From: Turicibacter sp. UBA7094
GTDB taxonomy: Bacteria > Bacillota_I > Bacilli_A > MOL361 > Turicibacteraceae
Assembly (NCBI GenBank): GCA_002493395.1
Contig: DKYS01000031.1
Coordinates: 1,920 to 57,971 of the forward strand
Direction of reading: 5' to 3'
Length of the DNA: 56,052 bases
The notes under the pieces are model-generated. The model was given only the letters and a program-made list of their open reading frames with translations. It did no database searches and had not been told where the DNA came from. The first letter of the stretch is position 1; every line of letters starts with the position of its first letter. The translations under genes and the position numbers were made by a program. Positions 20,576-30,907 of this stretch are shown piece after piece.

Positions 20576-21541
20576 ATGAATTCATTTTGGCAAGAGAATC
20601 CTCGGATGATTAATCATCTTTTTGAAGTGAATGGTGTGATTAAAAACCAAATGACGGTTAAACAAGAAAAGATGAATGAAATATTACAAGACTTAGCTAA
20701 ATCGGGAGGGAAAAAAATACGCCCAGGTTTATGTTTAATAGGAGCGGGATTCGGTTCGAAATCGATTGAATCGATCTATCCTTTGGCTGCTGTTGTTGAA
20801 ATGTTGCACTTAGCAACGCTTGTTCATGATGATATTATTGATGATGCAGTCCATCGAAGAGGTATGTTAACGACACAACAGAAATATGGGAAAGATTATG
20901 CCGTGTATACGGGAGACTATATTTTCACAAAATGTTTTGAGATCTTGGCGCAAAATTATGAGTTGCATCATATGAGAGAGTTGTCTCGAGCTGTTTCTCG
21001 TGTTTGTGTGGGAGAAATTGAACAATTTGACGCGCGATTTAATGCACATGATTCGGTAAAAAAATATTTAAAAATTGTCGGAGCTAAAACGTCTGCTCTT
21101 TTGGCAACAAGTTTAGCAATAGGCGCCTATGAAGCAGGTTGTCAGGAATCCTTTTGTAAGAAATTAGCTAAAATTGGCTTACATCTTGGAAATGCCTTTC
21201 AAATTATTGATGATATTTTAGATTATCAGGGGGACGTTTCACGTGTTGGAAAAACGCTTGGAAATGATTTAAAGCAAGGATATTACACGTTGCCGCTAAT
21301 TTATGCTTTAAAGACAAAGGATCCCTATTTAAAGCAACTTCTTTCTTGTGAGACTTATGAAGATGACGTAATTCAAAAAATTATTAAAAGAGTCGATGAG
21401 CTTGGGGGTATCCAGCAGGCGGCAGAACTCGCAAAAAAATATACTAGAAAGTCTTTAAAGGAAATTGCCGCCCTTCCAGCGTGTCAAGCTAGAGCTGATT
21501 TGGAATGGCTAGTTAAAAAATTATTAGAAAGAGATCATTAG
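20576..21541 (+). CDS. Polyprenyl diphosphate synthase (HepT/DmkB-like)
   Basis: GGKKIRP, LVHDDIIDD (FARM), FQIIDDILD (SARM). Confidence 0.88.
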   Translation: MNSFWQENPRMINHLFEVNGVIKNQMTVKQEKMNEILQDLAKSGGKKIRPGLCLIGAGFGSKSIESIYPLAAVVEMLHLATLVHDDIIDDAVHRRGMLTTQQKYGKDYAVYTGDYIFTKCFEILAQNYELHHMRELSRAVSRVCVGEIEQFDARFNAHDSVKKYLKIVGAKTSALLATSLAIGAYEAGCQESFCKKLAKIGLHLGNAFQIIDDILDYQGDVSRVGKTLGNDLKQGYYTLPLIYALKTKDPYLKQLLSCETYEDDVIQKIIKRVDELGGIQQAAELAKKYTRKSLKEIAALPACQARADLEWLVKKLLERDH

Positions 21542-21699
21542 AAATTTTTTAATGGTCTTTTTTTAGTAGAGGATTTATTTTTTAGGATAAGGGAAATGAG
21601 AGGGTTTTTAGGACAACATACGACTAATAAAAGTCATAAATTGAAGAATTTATACATAAACAAGAAAAAAATAATGTCTTAGTTGTTAAAGCAAAATAT

Positions 21700-21713
21700 T
21701 GTTAGCGCTTTCT
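21700..21713 (+). promoter_or_regulatory. cre (CcpA) site upstream of the PTS EIIA gene
   Basis: TGTTAGCGCTTTCT versus consensus TGWNANCGNTNWCA (one mismatch). Confidence 0.55.
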
Positions 21714-21792
21714 ATTAGAAAAATTAAAAATAAACCTATATTTGTGAAGAAAAAACGCTATAATAGATATGAAAGATATTAGGAGGTGCACC

Positions 21793-22302
21793 ATGGGAAT
21801 TTTTGACTCAATTAAAAATTTATTTAATTCAAACCCAAAGACTGAAGAACCGAAAAAAGGAATTTGCGCTCCGATTACAGGAAAGCTATTATCAATTACA
21901 GAAGTACCGGATCCAGTATTCAGTCAAAAAATGATGGGAGATGGATTTGCCATCGAACCAACAGAAGGAAAAGTATACTCACCTGTTGCAGGTAAAGTAT
22001 TAAACGTTTTCCCTACTAAACATGCCGTAGCTTTAGAATCAAATGACGGACATGAAATTTTAATTCACTTCGGTATGGATACAGTTGCCTTAAAAGGAGA
22101 AGGATTTACAGCTCACGTTGCTGAAGGAGATACAGTGACTCCAGATACTTTATTATTATCAGTAGATTTAGATGCTGTTCGTCCAAAAGTACCATCATTA
22201 GTAACACCTGTTGTTTTCACTAACTTAGGTGAAAAAGTAATCGACTTAAAGAAAACTGGGCCTGTTACACACGGTGAAGTTAGCATTTTAGAAATCAAAT
22301 AA
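21793..22302 (+). CDS. crr: PTS glucose-family EIIA component (stand-alone)
   Basis: [32 protein letters not shown]; AGGAGG before ATG 21793. Confidence 0.9.
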   Translation: MGIFDSIKNLFNSNPKTEEPKKGICAPITGKLLSITEVPDPVFSQKMMGDGFAIEPTEGKVYSPVAGKVLNVFPTKHAVALESNDGHEILIHFGMDTVALKGEGFTAHVAEGDTVTPDTLLLSVDLDAVRPKVPSLVTPVVFTNLGEKVIDLKKTGPVTHGEVSILEIK

Positions 22303-22389
22303 AATTCAGACTTATAGAGCTTGATTTTTTAAAACTCACAAGTTACAATAATTTTGAAACGACTTTAATTACAAAAGGAGCGATTATTG

Positions 22390-22653
22390 ATGGAAAAAAT
22401 CTTTACAATTACAGATGAAACAGGATTACATGCTCGTCCAGCTACAGTATTAGTAAATACAGCTAGCAAATATAGCGCAGAAATCACATTAACATACCGT
22501 GACAAAAAAGTTAACTTAAAATCTATCATGGGTGTTATGTCTTTAGGAATCCAACAAGGAGCTGAAATTACAATTTCTGCTGAAGGTGCAGACGCTGAAG
22601 AAGCAATCTCTGCATTAACAGAAACAATTACAACTCAAGGATTAGGGAAATAA
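22390..22653 (+). CDS. ptsH: Phosphocarrier protein HPr
   Basis: GLHARPA (His15), [12 protein letters not shown] (Ser46). Confidence 0.96.
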   Translation: MEKIFTITDETGLHARPATVLVNTASKYSAEITLTYRDKKVNLKSIMGVMSLGIQQGAEITISAEGADAEEAISALTETITTQGLGK

Positions 22654-22836
22654 TAACAACCCACTTATTATAAAAAAGTACTGGTTTTCCAGTGCTTTTT
22701 ATTTGCCCTAAAAGAACAATAAATAGAAGACAAAACAACATGTGTAACAGTTTACATAGAAAAGGCTATTGTGTAACCAGTTTTATCTGTTATAATAATT
22801 AAGTATATATCATTGAAAAATGAAAGGGGTAGCATT

Positions 22837-24546
22837 GTGAATATTAAAGGTATTGCAGCATCTAATGGAATTGCTATTGCAAAAGCATTTAAATTAATTG
22901 AACCAGAATTAACTGTAGTTAAATCTACAATTGCAGACGTAGAAGCAGAAATTAACTTATACAAAGAAGCGTTAGTAAAAACGACTGAAGAGTTACAAAA
23001 AATTAAAGTTAAAGCAGCTCAAAATTTAAGCGAAGAAGAGGCAGCTGTATTTGATGCTCATATCAATATGGCTAATGACCCTGAGTTATTAACTCAAACA
23101 ACAGATAAAATTAAAGCTGAAAGCGTAAATGCTTCTTACGCATTTGACGAAGTTTCAAATATGTTCATCACAATGTTTGAAAGCATGGATAACGAATACT
23201 TCCGTGAACGTGCAGCAGACATTAAAGATATTAAAAAACGTATCTTAGCTCATTTATTAGGGGTTAAAGTTAATGATCCAAGTACAATCGATGAACAAGT
23301 AGTTATCATCGCTGAAGACTTAACACCATCTGATACAGCTCAATTAGATCGTAACTTCGTTAAAGGATTCGTGACAAACATTGGAGGGCGTACTTCTCAC
23401 TCGGCAATCATGGCACGTTCATTAGAAATTCCTGCAGTTGTCGGAACAAAAACAATTTTAGAAGACGTTAAAGACGGAGACATGATTATTTTAGATGGAT
23501 TAGAAGGAAATGTTATTATTAATCCATCAGCTGATCAAGTGGCTCATTATGAAGAAGTGGCTCAAGCTTATGAAGCTCAAAAAGCTGAATGGGCTAAATT
23601 AAAAAATGAAAAAACAGTTTCAAAAGATGGACAACACGTTGAATTAGCTGCAAACATCGGAACTCCAAAAGACGTTGAAGGTGTTTTAGGTAACGGTGGA
23701 GAAGCTGTTGGTTTATATCGTACAGAATTCTTATACATGGGACGCGATAACTTCCCAACTGAAGATGAGCAATTTGAAGCTTATAAATCAGTATTAGAAG
23801 CAATGGGAGAAAAACCAGTTGTTGTTCGTACATTAGATATCGGTGGAGATAAAGAGTTACCATACTTACATTTACCGAAAGAAATGAACCCATTCTTAGG
23901 ATACCGTGCGGTTCGTTTATGTTTAGATGATACAGATTTATTCCGTACTCAATTACGTGCTTTATTACGTGCGAGTGCTTACGGAAAATTACGCATCATG
24001 TTCCCAATGATCGCAACATTAAACGAATTCCGTTCAGCAAAAGCTTTATTATTAGAAGAAAAAGCAAACTTAATTGCTGAAGGTGTAACTGTTTCTGAAG
24101 AAATCGAAGTAGGGATGATGGTTGAAATTCCATCTGCTGCAGTTTTAGCTGATCAATTCGCTAAAGAAGTTGACTTCTTCTCAATCGGAACAAACGACTT
24201 AATCCAATACACAATGGCTGCTGACCGTATGAACGAAAAAGTTTCATACTTATACCAACCATATAACCCAAGTATTTTACGTTTAGTAAAAATGGTTATT
24301 GATGCGGCACACAAAGAAGGAAAATGGACTGGAATGTGTGGAGAAATGGCTGGAGATCAAACAGCTATCCCATTATTATTAGGATTAGGATTAGATGAGT
24401 TCTCGATGTCAGCAACTTCAATCTTACCTGCACGTTCATTAATCAGTAAATTATCAAAAGCTGAAATGGCAGAATTAGCAGCTGAGGCGTTAAATAAATC
24501 AACAGTAGAAGAAGTTATTGAACTAGTAGAAAATATTCAAAAATAA
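22837..24546 (+). CDS. ptsI: PEP-protein phosphotransferase (Enzyme I)
   Basis: [45 protein letters not shown]; GTG start after AAGGGG. Confidence 0.97.
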   Translation: MNIKGIAASNGIAIAKAFKLIEPELTVVKSTIADVEAEINLYKEALVKTTEELQKIKVKAAQNLSEEEAAVFDAHINMANDPELLTQTTDKIKAESVNASYAFDEVSNMFITMFESMDNEYFRERAADIKDIKKRILAHLLGVKVNDPSTIDEQVVIIAEDLTPSDTAQLDRNFVKGFVTNIGGRTSHSAIMARSLEIPAVVGTKTILEDVKDGDMIILDGLEGNVIINPSADQVAHYEEVAQAYEAQKAEWAKLKNEKTVSKDGQHVELAANIGTPKDVEGVLGNGGEAVGLYRTEFLYMGRDNFPTEDEQFEAYKSVLEAMGEKPVVVRTLDIGGDKELPYLHLPKEMNPFLGYRAVRLCLDDTDLFRTQLRALLRASAYGKLRIMFPMIATLNEFRSAKALLLEEKANLIAEGVTVSEEIEVGMMVEIPSAAVLADQFAKEVDFFSIGTNDLIQYTMAADRMNEKVSYLYQPYNPSILRLVKMVIDAAHKEGKWTGMCGEMAGDQTAIPLLLGLGLDEFSMSATSILPARSLISKLSKAEMAELAAEALNKSTVEEVIELVENIQK

Positions 24547-24658
24547 TAATAATTATAATGAAAGGGTGCGAAGATTAAATCTTCGCATCTTTTTTTTATG
24601 ATATAGAGATTTAAGAAATAATTTTAATAGATGTCGGTCATACTAAAAATGAAGTTTA

Positions 24659-25450
24659 ATGAAAAGAGTTGATAACATGAGACAGTTACTAACTAATAAT
24701 AAATTGCGAGCGACCTTCCTTAGCTTTTTAGTCATGATGTTAAGTAGTTTATTATCAGTTTGTTCTCCGATTGTAAAATCGGCTACCGTTGAGGATCGTA
24801 TTGATCATTTTATCTATCAGGAGCCTAAACCTGAAAAGGTAGTTTATTTAACATTTGATGATGGGCCTTCTGCACATACCCTTGATTTATTAAATTTATT
24901 AGAGCAAGAACAGGTTCCGGCGGTTTTCTTTGTTATCGGAGAGAACATTAATAACGTCCCTAATTCAGGAGAGATTCTGAAGGAAATCTTGAATAAAGGA
25001 CATTATATTGGTCTACATAGTATGACCCATGATTTAGATAAACTTTATAATGCCCCTGATGCTGCTACTAATTTTGTGAATGAAATGTTAGAAGTAAGAG
25101 GGAAAGTTAAAGAGTTAACAGGATTTGAAAGTAATCTTTGCCGACCTCCTTATGGTGGACGAGGACATTTTACAAACAGTCATTATCAGGCAATTAAAGA
25201 AGCCGGGTTAAGTTGTGTCGATTGGAATGTGGATTCTTTAGATTGGGCAAAATCGAGTTCTGAAGAAATTTTAAATCAAGTGAAAAAGGATTTAGAAATA
25301 GCTGATTATCCGAATGAGGTTGTCTTATTATTTCATGAAAAGAAATTAACCCTTGAGACATTACCTCAGGTGTTTAAATATTACCGAGATTTAGGATATG
25401 TTTTTATGCCCTACTATGACGGGGACGAATTTGAGTGTGAACTTAAGTAA
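24659..25450 (+). CDS. Polysaccharide deacetylase (CE4)
   Basis: LTFDDGP, HSMTH, RPPYG, WNVDSLDW, LLFHE. Confidence 0.9.
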   Translation: MKRVDNMRQLLTNNKLRATFLSFLVMMLSSLLSVCSPIVKSATVEDRIDHFIYQEPKPEKVVYLTFDDGPSAHTLDLLNLLEQEQVPAVFFVIGENINNVPNSGEILKEILNKGHYIGLHSMTHDLDKLYNAPDAATNFVNEMLEVRGKVKELTGFESNLCRPPYGGRGHFTNSHYQAIKEAGLSCVDWNVDSLDWAKSSSEEILNQVKKDLEIADYPNEVVLLFHEKKLTLETLPQVFKYYRDLGYVFMPYYDGDEFECELK

Positions 25451-25591
25451 TTAATGATATTATGGGTAGAAGGATGAAAGGGTAAACAATAAGATTGCAT
25501 ATTTCTTTTAGAAAAAATGTCAGAATATTGAAAAAAGAGTCGATAAAGGGTAGTATAGAGATAATGAATTTGAAAATATGGAGGGAATGGT

Positions 25592-26455
25592 GTGGCAAGA
25601 CAACAATATTATCCGAATTACAACCGTTATGGGAGACGGCGTCGAATCAATCCAAAAGGGTATATGACGTTTATTATTATTGCTTTTTTAGGACTGGTTG
25701 GAGGATTTATATTTAATATTTTTTATCAAGTACATCAATTAAGTGTTTTAACTGAAAACCAAACTGAGTTAGAATTTCAAGAAATTCCAACCGTTGATAG
25801 ATGGCATAATAAAGAAGCGAAATTTGTTTATTTAACATTTGATGACGGACCGAGTAAAAATGCGACTAAAATTTTAGATGTTTTGGATAGTTACGATATT
25901 AAGGGAACATTTTTCGTTTTAGGTTCATCAATTGAAGGATATAGTGAAGCAAAAGATATTTTGAAAAGAATGGCAGATACCGGACATTATATTGGAATGC
26001 ACTCTATGTCTCATGATTACGCTTATTTGTATGATACTGAAAAGGGAGGAGAAAATTTTGTAGGAGAACTTCTAGAGGAACAAAATTTAATCAAAGACAT
26101 AACAGGAGGTTTTATAAGCCAATTATGTCGTGCTCCTTATGGTAGTGGAGGCACATTTACCCCTGCTCATATAGAGTCGTTAAAAGAGGCTGGTATTAAA
26201 TGCTGGGATTGGGATGTGGATTCTCTTGATTGGGAAAGGGGGGCAACCGTTGATAGTATTATGAAGAACATTGAATATTGCATGAATCTTTGGAACTATC
26301 CTAGAAACACGATTGTCCTATTTCACGAAAAAGATGTAACGATTGAGGTACTGCCACGGGTAATTGAGTACTATACCGAACTGGGTTATGAATTTTTACC
26401 ATATAATCCGGAACACCATCTGGTGAAAAATCTATATGGTAGTGATGAAATATAG
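25592..26455 (+). CDS. Polysaccharide deacetylase (CE4), membrane-anchored paralog
   Basis: N-terminal TM; LTFDDGP, HSMSH, RAPYG, WDVDSLDW, VLFHE. Confidence 0.9.
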   Translation: MARQQYYPNYNRYGRRRRINPKGYMTFIIIAFLGLVGGFIFNIFYQVHQLSVLTENQTELEFQEIPTVDRWHNKEAKFVYLTFDDGPSKNATKILDVLDSYDIKGTFFVLGSSIEGYSEAKDILKRMADTGHYIGMHSMSHDYAYLYDTEKGGENFVGELLEEQNLIKDITGGFISQLCRAPYGSGGTFTPAHIESLKEAGIKCWDWDVDSLDWERGATVDSIMKNIEYCMNLWNYPRNTIVLFHEKDVTIEVLPRVIEYYTELGYEFLPYNPEHHLVKNLYGSDEI

Positions 26456-26468
26456 GGAGGGATAATCA

Positions 26469-27152
26469 ATGAGAAAGTCAGGAGTATTGTTTATTATTCT
26501 AGGATTATTGACTATCGTTGGAATCTATTTTGCAGTCACTTATACGTTTCCAGAGATTGAAGTTTTACAATTTTATCAACAAATTGACGAAGAAATTGTA
26601 TCATGTGAGAAAAAATCAGATCAAACAATTGAGGAGATTTTAAATGAACTGAATAAAACAGTCTCACAAACGATAGAAACCGGGCGTACATTTGATGGAA
26701 GCCAATCAATGGATGAAATCTTTAACACGTTTAACGAACAGTATGCTGTATTAAAATCTTATAATGAAAAAGTAATCCCAATGATGGATGAAAAAATACA
26801 AAAGGTTAAATTTGATAAAATAGAGAAAGTCGCCTCTCGTCTTCCTGAGAATCTTTCGAAGTTAGGTCAACAATTATCTATCTTACAACAAGAGAGAATT
26901 GCGGCGTTAATCGATTTGAATAAAGAGATAAAGAAACTTACCGAAGAATTGGCCCCTTTTGAAGATAATTTTTATTCTTTAAAAACAAGTGACGCGGTTC
27001 AATATTTTCAGAGTGTAGCTACTATTTTTAATGAGGTAGAGAAAAATCATGAAAAATATAACGAAACGATTAAAAATTATTATGCGGTAAAGGCGGAATA
27101 CTATGAATGTATTGCGAATAAAGGAGTTCTAGATTATATCTTGAAGAAGTAA
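26469..27152 (+). CDS. Hypothetical membrane-anchored helical/coiled-coil protein
   Basis: N-terminal hydrophobic segment; GGAGG RBS; follows the deacetylase by 13 nt. Confidence 0.7.
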   Translation: MRKSGVLFIILGLLTIVGIYFAVTYTFPEIEVLQFYQQIDEEIVSCEKKSDQTIEEILNELNKTVSQTIETGRTFDGSQSMDEIFNTFNEQYAVLKSYNEKVIPMMDEKIQKVKFDKIEKVASRLPENLSKLGQQLSILQQERIAALIDLNKEIKKLTEELAPFEDNFYSLKTSDAVQYFQSVATIFNEVEKNHEKYNETIKNYYAVKAEYYECIANKGVLDYILKK

Positions 27153-27414
27153 TAAAAGAAAGACTACCGTAAATAAAAAAACCGGTAGCCTTTTTAGTTT
27201 AAAATTTAAAAGTATTTTAAGGGTATTGAGTTGTTTAACCTAAATGGATAATTATTCTTTTATTTGTTGAATATTGGGTATATAATAAAATCGTAAGAAT
27301 AGGAGATTATTCGACAGAATATTTGGCTTTTAATGAATGGGGCGTATGCCAGATTGAAATAAGGCCTATTTGTTTTTCGAGAGTCTTCAAAAAATGTATG
27401 ATAGGGTGAGTTTA

Positions 27415-29100
27415 GTGTCGTGGTTAATTGAGGTATTGAGGACATATCCAGAATTGACTTTGTTTTTAACATTAGCTTTTGGCTATCAGGTTGGAAAAAT
27501 TCATTTTGGATCATTTAAGGTTGGAACCGTTCCAGGTGTTTTAATTACCGGGGTGTTAGTCGGTCAATTTGGAGTGACGATTGATAATACGGTTAAGTCT
27601 ATTTTCTTTTTATTATTTTTGTTTGCTTTAGGATATAATGCAGGTCCCCAATTCTTTAAGGGGTTGAAAAAGGAAGGGATTTCCCAGGTCCTTTTCTCGT
27701 GTCTCGTATGTCTGATTGGGTTTGTCCTGACCATTGTAATTGGGAAATTGATGAATTTTAATGCGGGTCAAGCTTCAGGATTATTGGCAGGGGCGTTGAC
27801 GCAGTCCTCTGTTATTGGAGTGGCTCAGGATGCTCTTTCAAAATTAGAGGTTTCTAATCAGAGTGTCATGATGGATTTTGTTCCAGTTGGATACGCTGTT
27901 ACTTATATTTTTGGAACCATAGGGTGTACGTTTATTTTGACAACGTTTGGTCCTAAAATTCTAAAGATTGATTTAGAAGAGGAATGTGTAAAATTAGATA
28001 ATCAGTCTAAGGATCAGGATAATCTAGAAGTGTCTTACGCGTCGCAAACAAGCGAGGTATTATATCGTCTCTATGAAGTGGATGAGCGCTATATTGGAAA
28101 GACGGTTGCCGATATGGAGAATCAATTAGGGAATGAGGTAGATTTAAGTTTATTTATCATGAATCCTAAACGGCAGCGATCATTTATTTTTCCTACTCGG
28201 GAGAGGCTGATTAAGTCAGGAGATTGTTTGGCTGTTGCCTTTAAGGAGAAAGATATTTCAAAGATTAAATGGACGGGATTAGGTAAAGAAATCTTTGATA
28301 ACCGATTAGATGAACTAAGAAATGACTCAGCGGAAGTTTATATTGGTCAATCAAATTGTTGTGGAAAGACGGTCGGAGAGATCCAAAGGGACGTTCTAAA
28401 ACACGGCGTTTTAATTTCTAAAGTAAAACGCCAAGGAGAGTCTTTAGATTATCATCAAGGAACGAAGTTGTTTAAGCAAGATGTATTATGTTTAGAGGGT
28501 CCTACGGAATGTGTGGATTCTGTGATTCCATTTGTCGGTACGAAAGTTGTAAAGACAGATGAGACAGATATGACATTTATGGGTCTTGGAATTGTTTTAG
28601 GGGGAATCATCGGAATTCCCGCTTTAATGATTGGGAAAATTGGGATTACGCTTTCGATGAGTGGTGGCGTCTTAATTATGGGACTGTTATGCGGTTATCT
28701 TCATTCAAGACGGCCAACGATTGGACAAATCCCTTCAGCTGCTACTTGGTTTTTAAGTAACGTTGGATTAGCTGTATTTGTAGCCGTTGTTGGGATTAAT
28801 GCTGGGCCAGGATTTGTGGCTGGTTTGCAAAGTTCAGGTTTTGTTTTCTTTTTAGCGGGAGTACTGGTGACGTCTTTATCAACGCTATCTGGAATTTTAC
28901 TTGGAAAGTATGTTTTTAAATTTTCTCCTCCAGTTATTTTAGGTGCCACAGCTGGTGCTTTAACGACCACTGCAGCTTTAGGAGGATTGTGTGAAAAAGC
29001 AAAGAGTAATGCCCCTGTTTTAGGGTATACAATTCCGTATGCAGTAGGGAATATTTTATTAACGATTTGGGGTTCATTAATTATTATGTTTTTCTCTTGA
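27415..29100 (+). CDS. aspT: Aspartate:alanine antiporter family (AspT/YidE) transporter
   Basis: Two hydrophobic halves (GPQFF, AGALTQS; GALTTTAALG, LGYTIPYAVGN) separated by TrkA-C-like domains; start probably GTG 27415. Confidence 0.82.
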   Translation: MSWLIEVLRTYPELTLFLTLAFGYQVGKIHFGSFKVGTVPGVLITGVLVGQFGVTIDNTVKSIFFLLFLFALGYNAGPQFFKGLKKEGISQVLFSCLVCLIGFVLTIVIGKLMNFNAGQASGLLAGALTQSSVIGVAQDALSKLEVSNQSVMMDFVPVGYAVTYIFGTIGCTFILTTFGPKILKIDLEEECVKLDNQSKDQDNLEVSYASQTSEVLYRLYEVDERYIGKTVADMENQLGNEVDLSLFIMNPKRQRSFIFPTRERLIKSGDCLAVAFKEKDISKIKWTGLGKEIFDNRLDELRNDSAEVYIGQSNCCGKTVGEIQRDVLKHGVLISKVKRQGESLDYHQGTKLFKQDVLCLEGPTECVDSVIPFVGTKVVKTDETDMTFMGLGIVLGGIIGIPALMIGKIGITLSMSGGVLIMGLLCGYLHSRRPTIGQIPSAATWFLSNVGLAVFVAVVGINAGPGFVAGLQSSGFVFFLAGVLVTSLSTLSGILLGKYVFKFSPPVILGATAGALTTTAALGGLCEKAKSNAPVLGYTIPYAVGNILLTIWGSLIIMFFS

Positions 29101-29166
29101 TAAAAGAGATCCGATAGGGGTTCACAAGATAGGTTAAAAAAAAACAGCTCTAAGTGAGCTGTTTTT

Positions 29167-29556
29167 TTATGATAAATAATATTTATTACTCTCAAGTATT
29201 GTTGTTTCGCTTGGCATAACAGGATTATAAGGTCCGTAATATCCATTTTGAGATTGTTGTTGCTGTTGTTGATAGGTCGGATAGGCAACGGGTTGTTGAT
29301 AATACACCGGTTGTTGGTAGTAAACGGGTTGATAGGTTGGTTGATAATAACCTCCACCACAACAAGGGCGTCCACCCCATCCGTTAAATAATAATCCTCC
29401 TAATGCTAATCCTCCAACAAAGGGTAAGAATCCCCATCTTTCATCCTGTCCTACTTCAGGCATCATTGAGAGGTTAGGTACTTGTTGAGTAAGTGGTGCT
29501 GCTGATCGATAGGGGACTTGGACTAGACTCCCCTTATGGTAATTCATTGGCATCAA
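29167..29556 (-). CDS. Gln/Tyr/Pro-rich small protein, probable spore coat component
   Basis: AGGAGGAG RBS; DERWGFLPFVGGLALGG then YQPxY repeats; SigK-like promoter upstream. Confidence 0.65.
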   Translation of the reverse strand: MMPMNYHKGSLVQVPYRSAAPLTQQVPNLSMMPEVGQDERWGFLPFVGGLALGGLLFNGWGGRPCCGGGYYQPTYQPVYYQQPVYYQQPVAYPTYQQQQQQSQNGYYGPYNPVMPSETTILESNKYYLS

Positions 29557-29589
29557 TTTAAACTCCTCCTTTATCTTGCAGTCCTACAT

Positions 29590-29618
29590 TATCATATGCA
29601 AAGGAGGCGTTATTTGTC
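29590..29618 (-). promoter_or_regulatory. SigK-like promoter
   Basis: Minus strand reads GACA-16 nt-CATATGATA. Confidence 0.5.
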
Positions 29619-29624
29619 TCAAAA

Positions 29625-30425
29625 TTACGGTTTAATCAGTAAAAAGGAGTTAATCGTTGGTCTTGATAATAAATGTGTTAATCCCTTTTTGTAAGTTAAA
29701 CCTTGATTGACATTTAAAATTAACTGATCGGCAAAGGGGTAGACCCCATTATAAAACTGTGAACATCCATTTGTCATGGAGCTTTGCTGGCAGTGTCCTG
29801 AGAGTTGAATATGAATAGGATAATCGGTGACTTTCGCAGCAAGTGTTGGCTCGTGGATTAATAGAAGTTGGAAGTTTTCTGATTGACTCCCCTCACTGTT
29901 TAGGTGACTTAAGTCTGGTGAAGTGGATAAGGAATCGATACCGATAAGGCGAATTCCCTCACTGCTTCCATTATAAATCTCAATGGCTTCATTTCGAAGG
30001 ACTTTAAAAGAAGCATCGGTTAAGATTTGTGTAATGGCCTCTTGTTGTTTTAAATCAACATCACCGAGGACAGCAACTTTAGCAAGCGAAGGTTCAAGTT
30101 TAGATAAAGCTTCCTTGACTTGTTTCGAGAGATCAGACGTAACGGCGCCTTTTTCAAATAAATCACCCGTGAAAATAACGATATCTGCTTCTAGCTCGTT
30201 GATTTCACGAACGGCTTGTTTTAAGAGAGCGAGGTCCCCTTTGTTTTTTATTTTGGTGTCACTCCATTGAACTAAACGAATCCCGTTAAAACTCTCCGGA
30301 ATCGTTGCGTGACTAATCACGGTCTCTTCCACCTTAATGGTATGTTTTAGCGTGTAAAATGAATAGGTACCAATTGAGATTAAAATGATCACAATCAGCG
30401 TGATGTATATGGGAAATTTTTTCAT
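29625..30425 (-). CDS. Metallophosphoesterase-fold protein (YkuE-like), degenerate motifs
   Basis: N-terminal TM; SD.., FTGDL, VLGDVD, HEP, LSGH. Confidence 0.75.
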   Translation of the reverse strand: MKKFPIYITLIVIILISIGTYSFYTLKHTIKVEETVISHATIPESFNGIRLVQWSDTKIKNKGDLALLKQAVREINELEADIVIFTGDLFEKGAVTSDLSKQVKEALSKLEPSLAKVAVLGDVDLKQQEAITQILTDASFKVLRNEAIEIYNGSSEGIRLIGIDSLSTSPDLSHLNSEGSQSENFQLLLIHEPTLAAKVTDYPIHIQLSGHCQQSSMTNGCSQFYNGVYPFADQLILNVNQGLTYKKGLTHLLSRPTINSFLLIKP

Positions 30426-30527
30426 TATCTTTCATCCTTTATCGAAATAACTAGTTATGTAAGTTATTATATCATAGAAAAGCTCAGGATTTTTTGGAGA
30501 AATGAAGGAATAATCGGAATATTATTG

Positions 30528-30797
30528 TTAGAAAACGAGGTGGATGAGGTGGTAGAGGAAAAAGAGTGAACTGAATCCTCGAACCAGTTGGGTATATTCA
30601 TTTTTAGGCCCAATCAAACTAACAGCAAACGTAAAGAGATAGATAAGGGTTGGCATCCATTGAGTTAAAATGATCGGATGACCAGACACCAGGCGAAGAA
30701 TTAAAGGGGAGTGCCCGGCTAAAGGGAATGTTAAAATTAAGGTGATATTAAAGATTAAGAAAAGTTGCGAGGCTAACGGATTAATATTTTGTTTCAT
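30528..30797 (-). CDS. Small hypothetical membrane protein (~89 aa)
   Basis: AAGGATGGTG upstream of ATG 30797; three hydrophobic stretches. The longer ORF-track start overlaps polA and is unlikely. Confidence 0.5.
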   Translation of the reverse strand: MKQNINPLASQLFLIFNITLILTFPLAGHSPLILRLVSGHPIILTQWMPTLIYLFTFAVSLIGPKNEYTQLVRGFSSLFFLYHLIHLVF

Positions 30798-30907
30798 CTT
30801 GACACCATCCTTGTAAAAATATGTTTTAAACTGCGTCGATGTGCTAAAATAATAGTACAGTATAGTAAGTAAGGCATAGAAATATGCTAGGGATAAGGAT
30901 TGATGTA

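Noticed and set aside
28701-29375. 224-aa minus-strand ORF
   Set aside because: Antisense to aspT and out of frame with the coat-like gene; no RBS or motif
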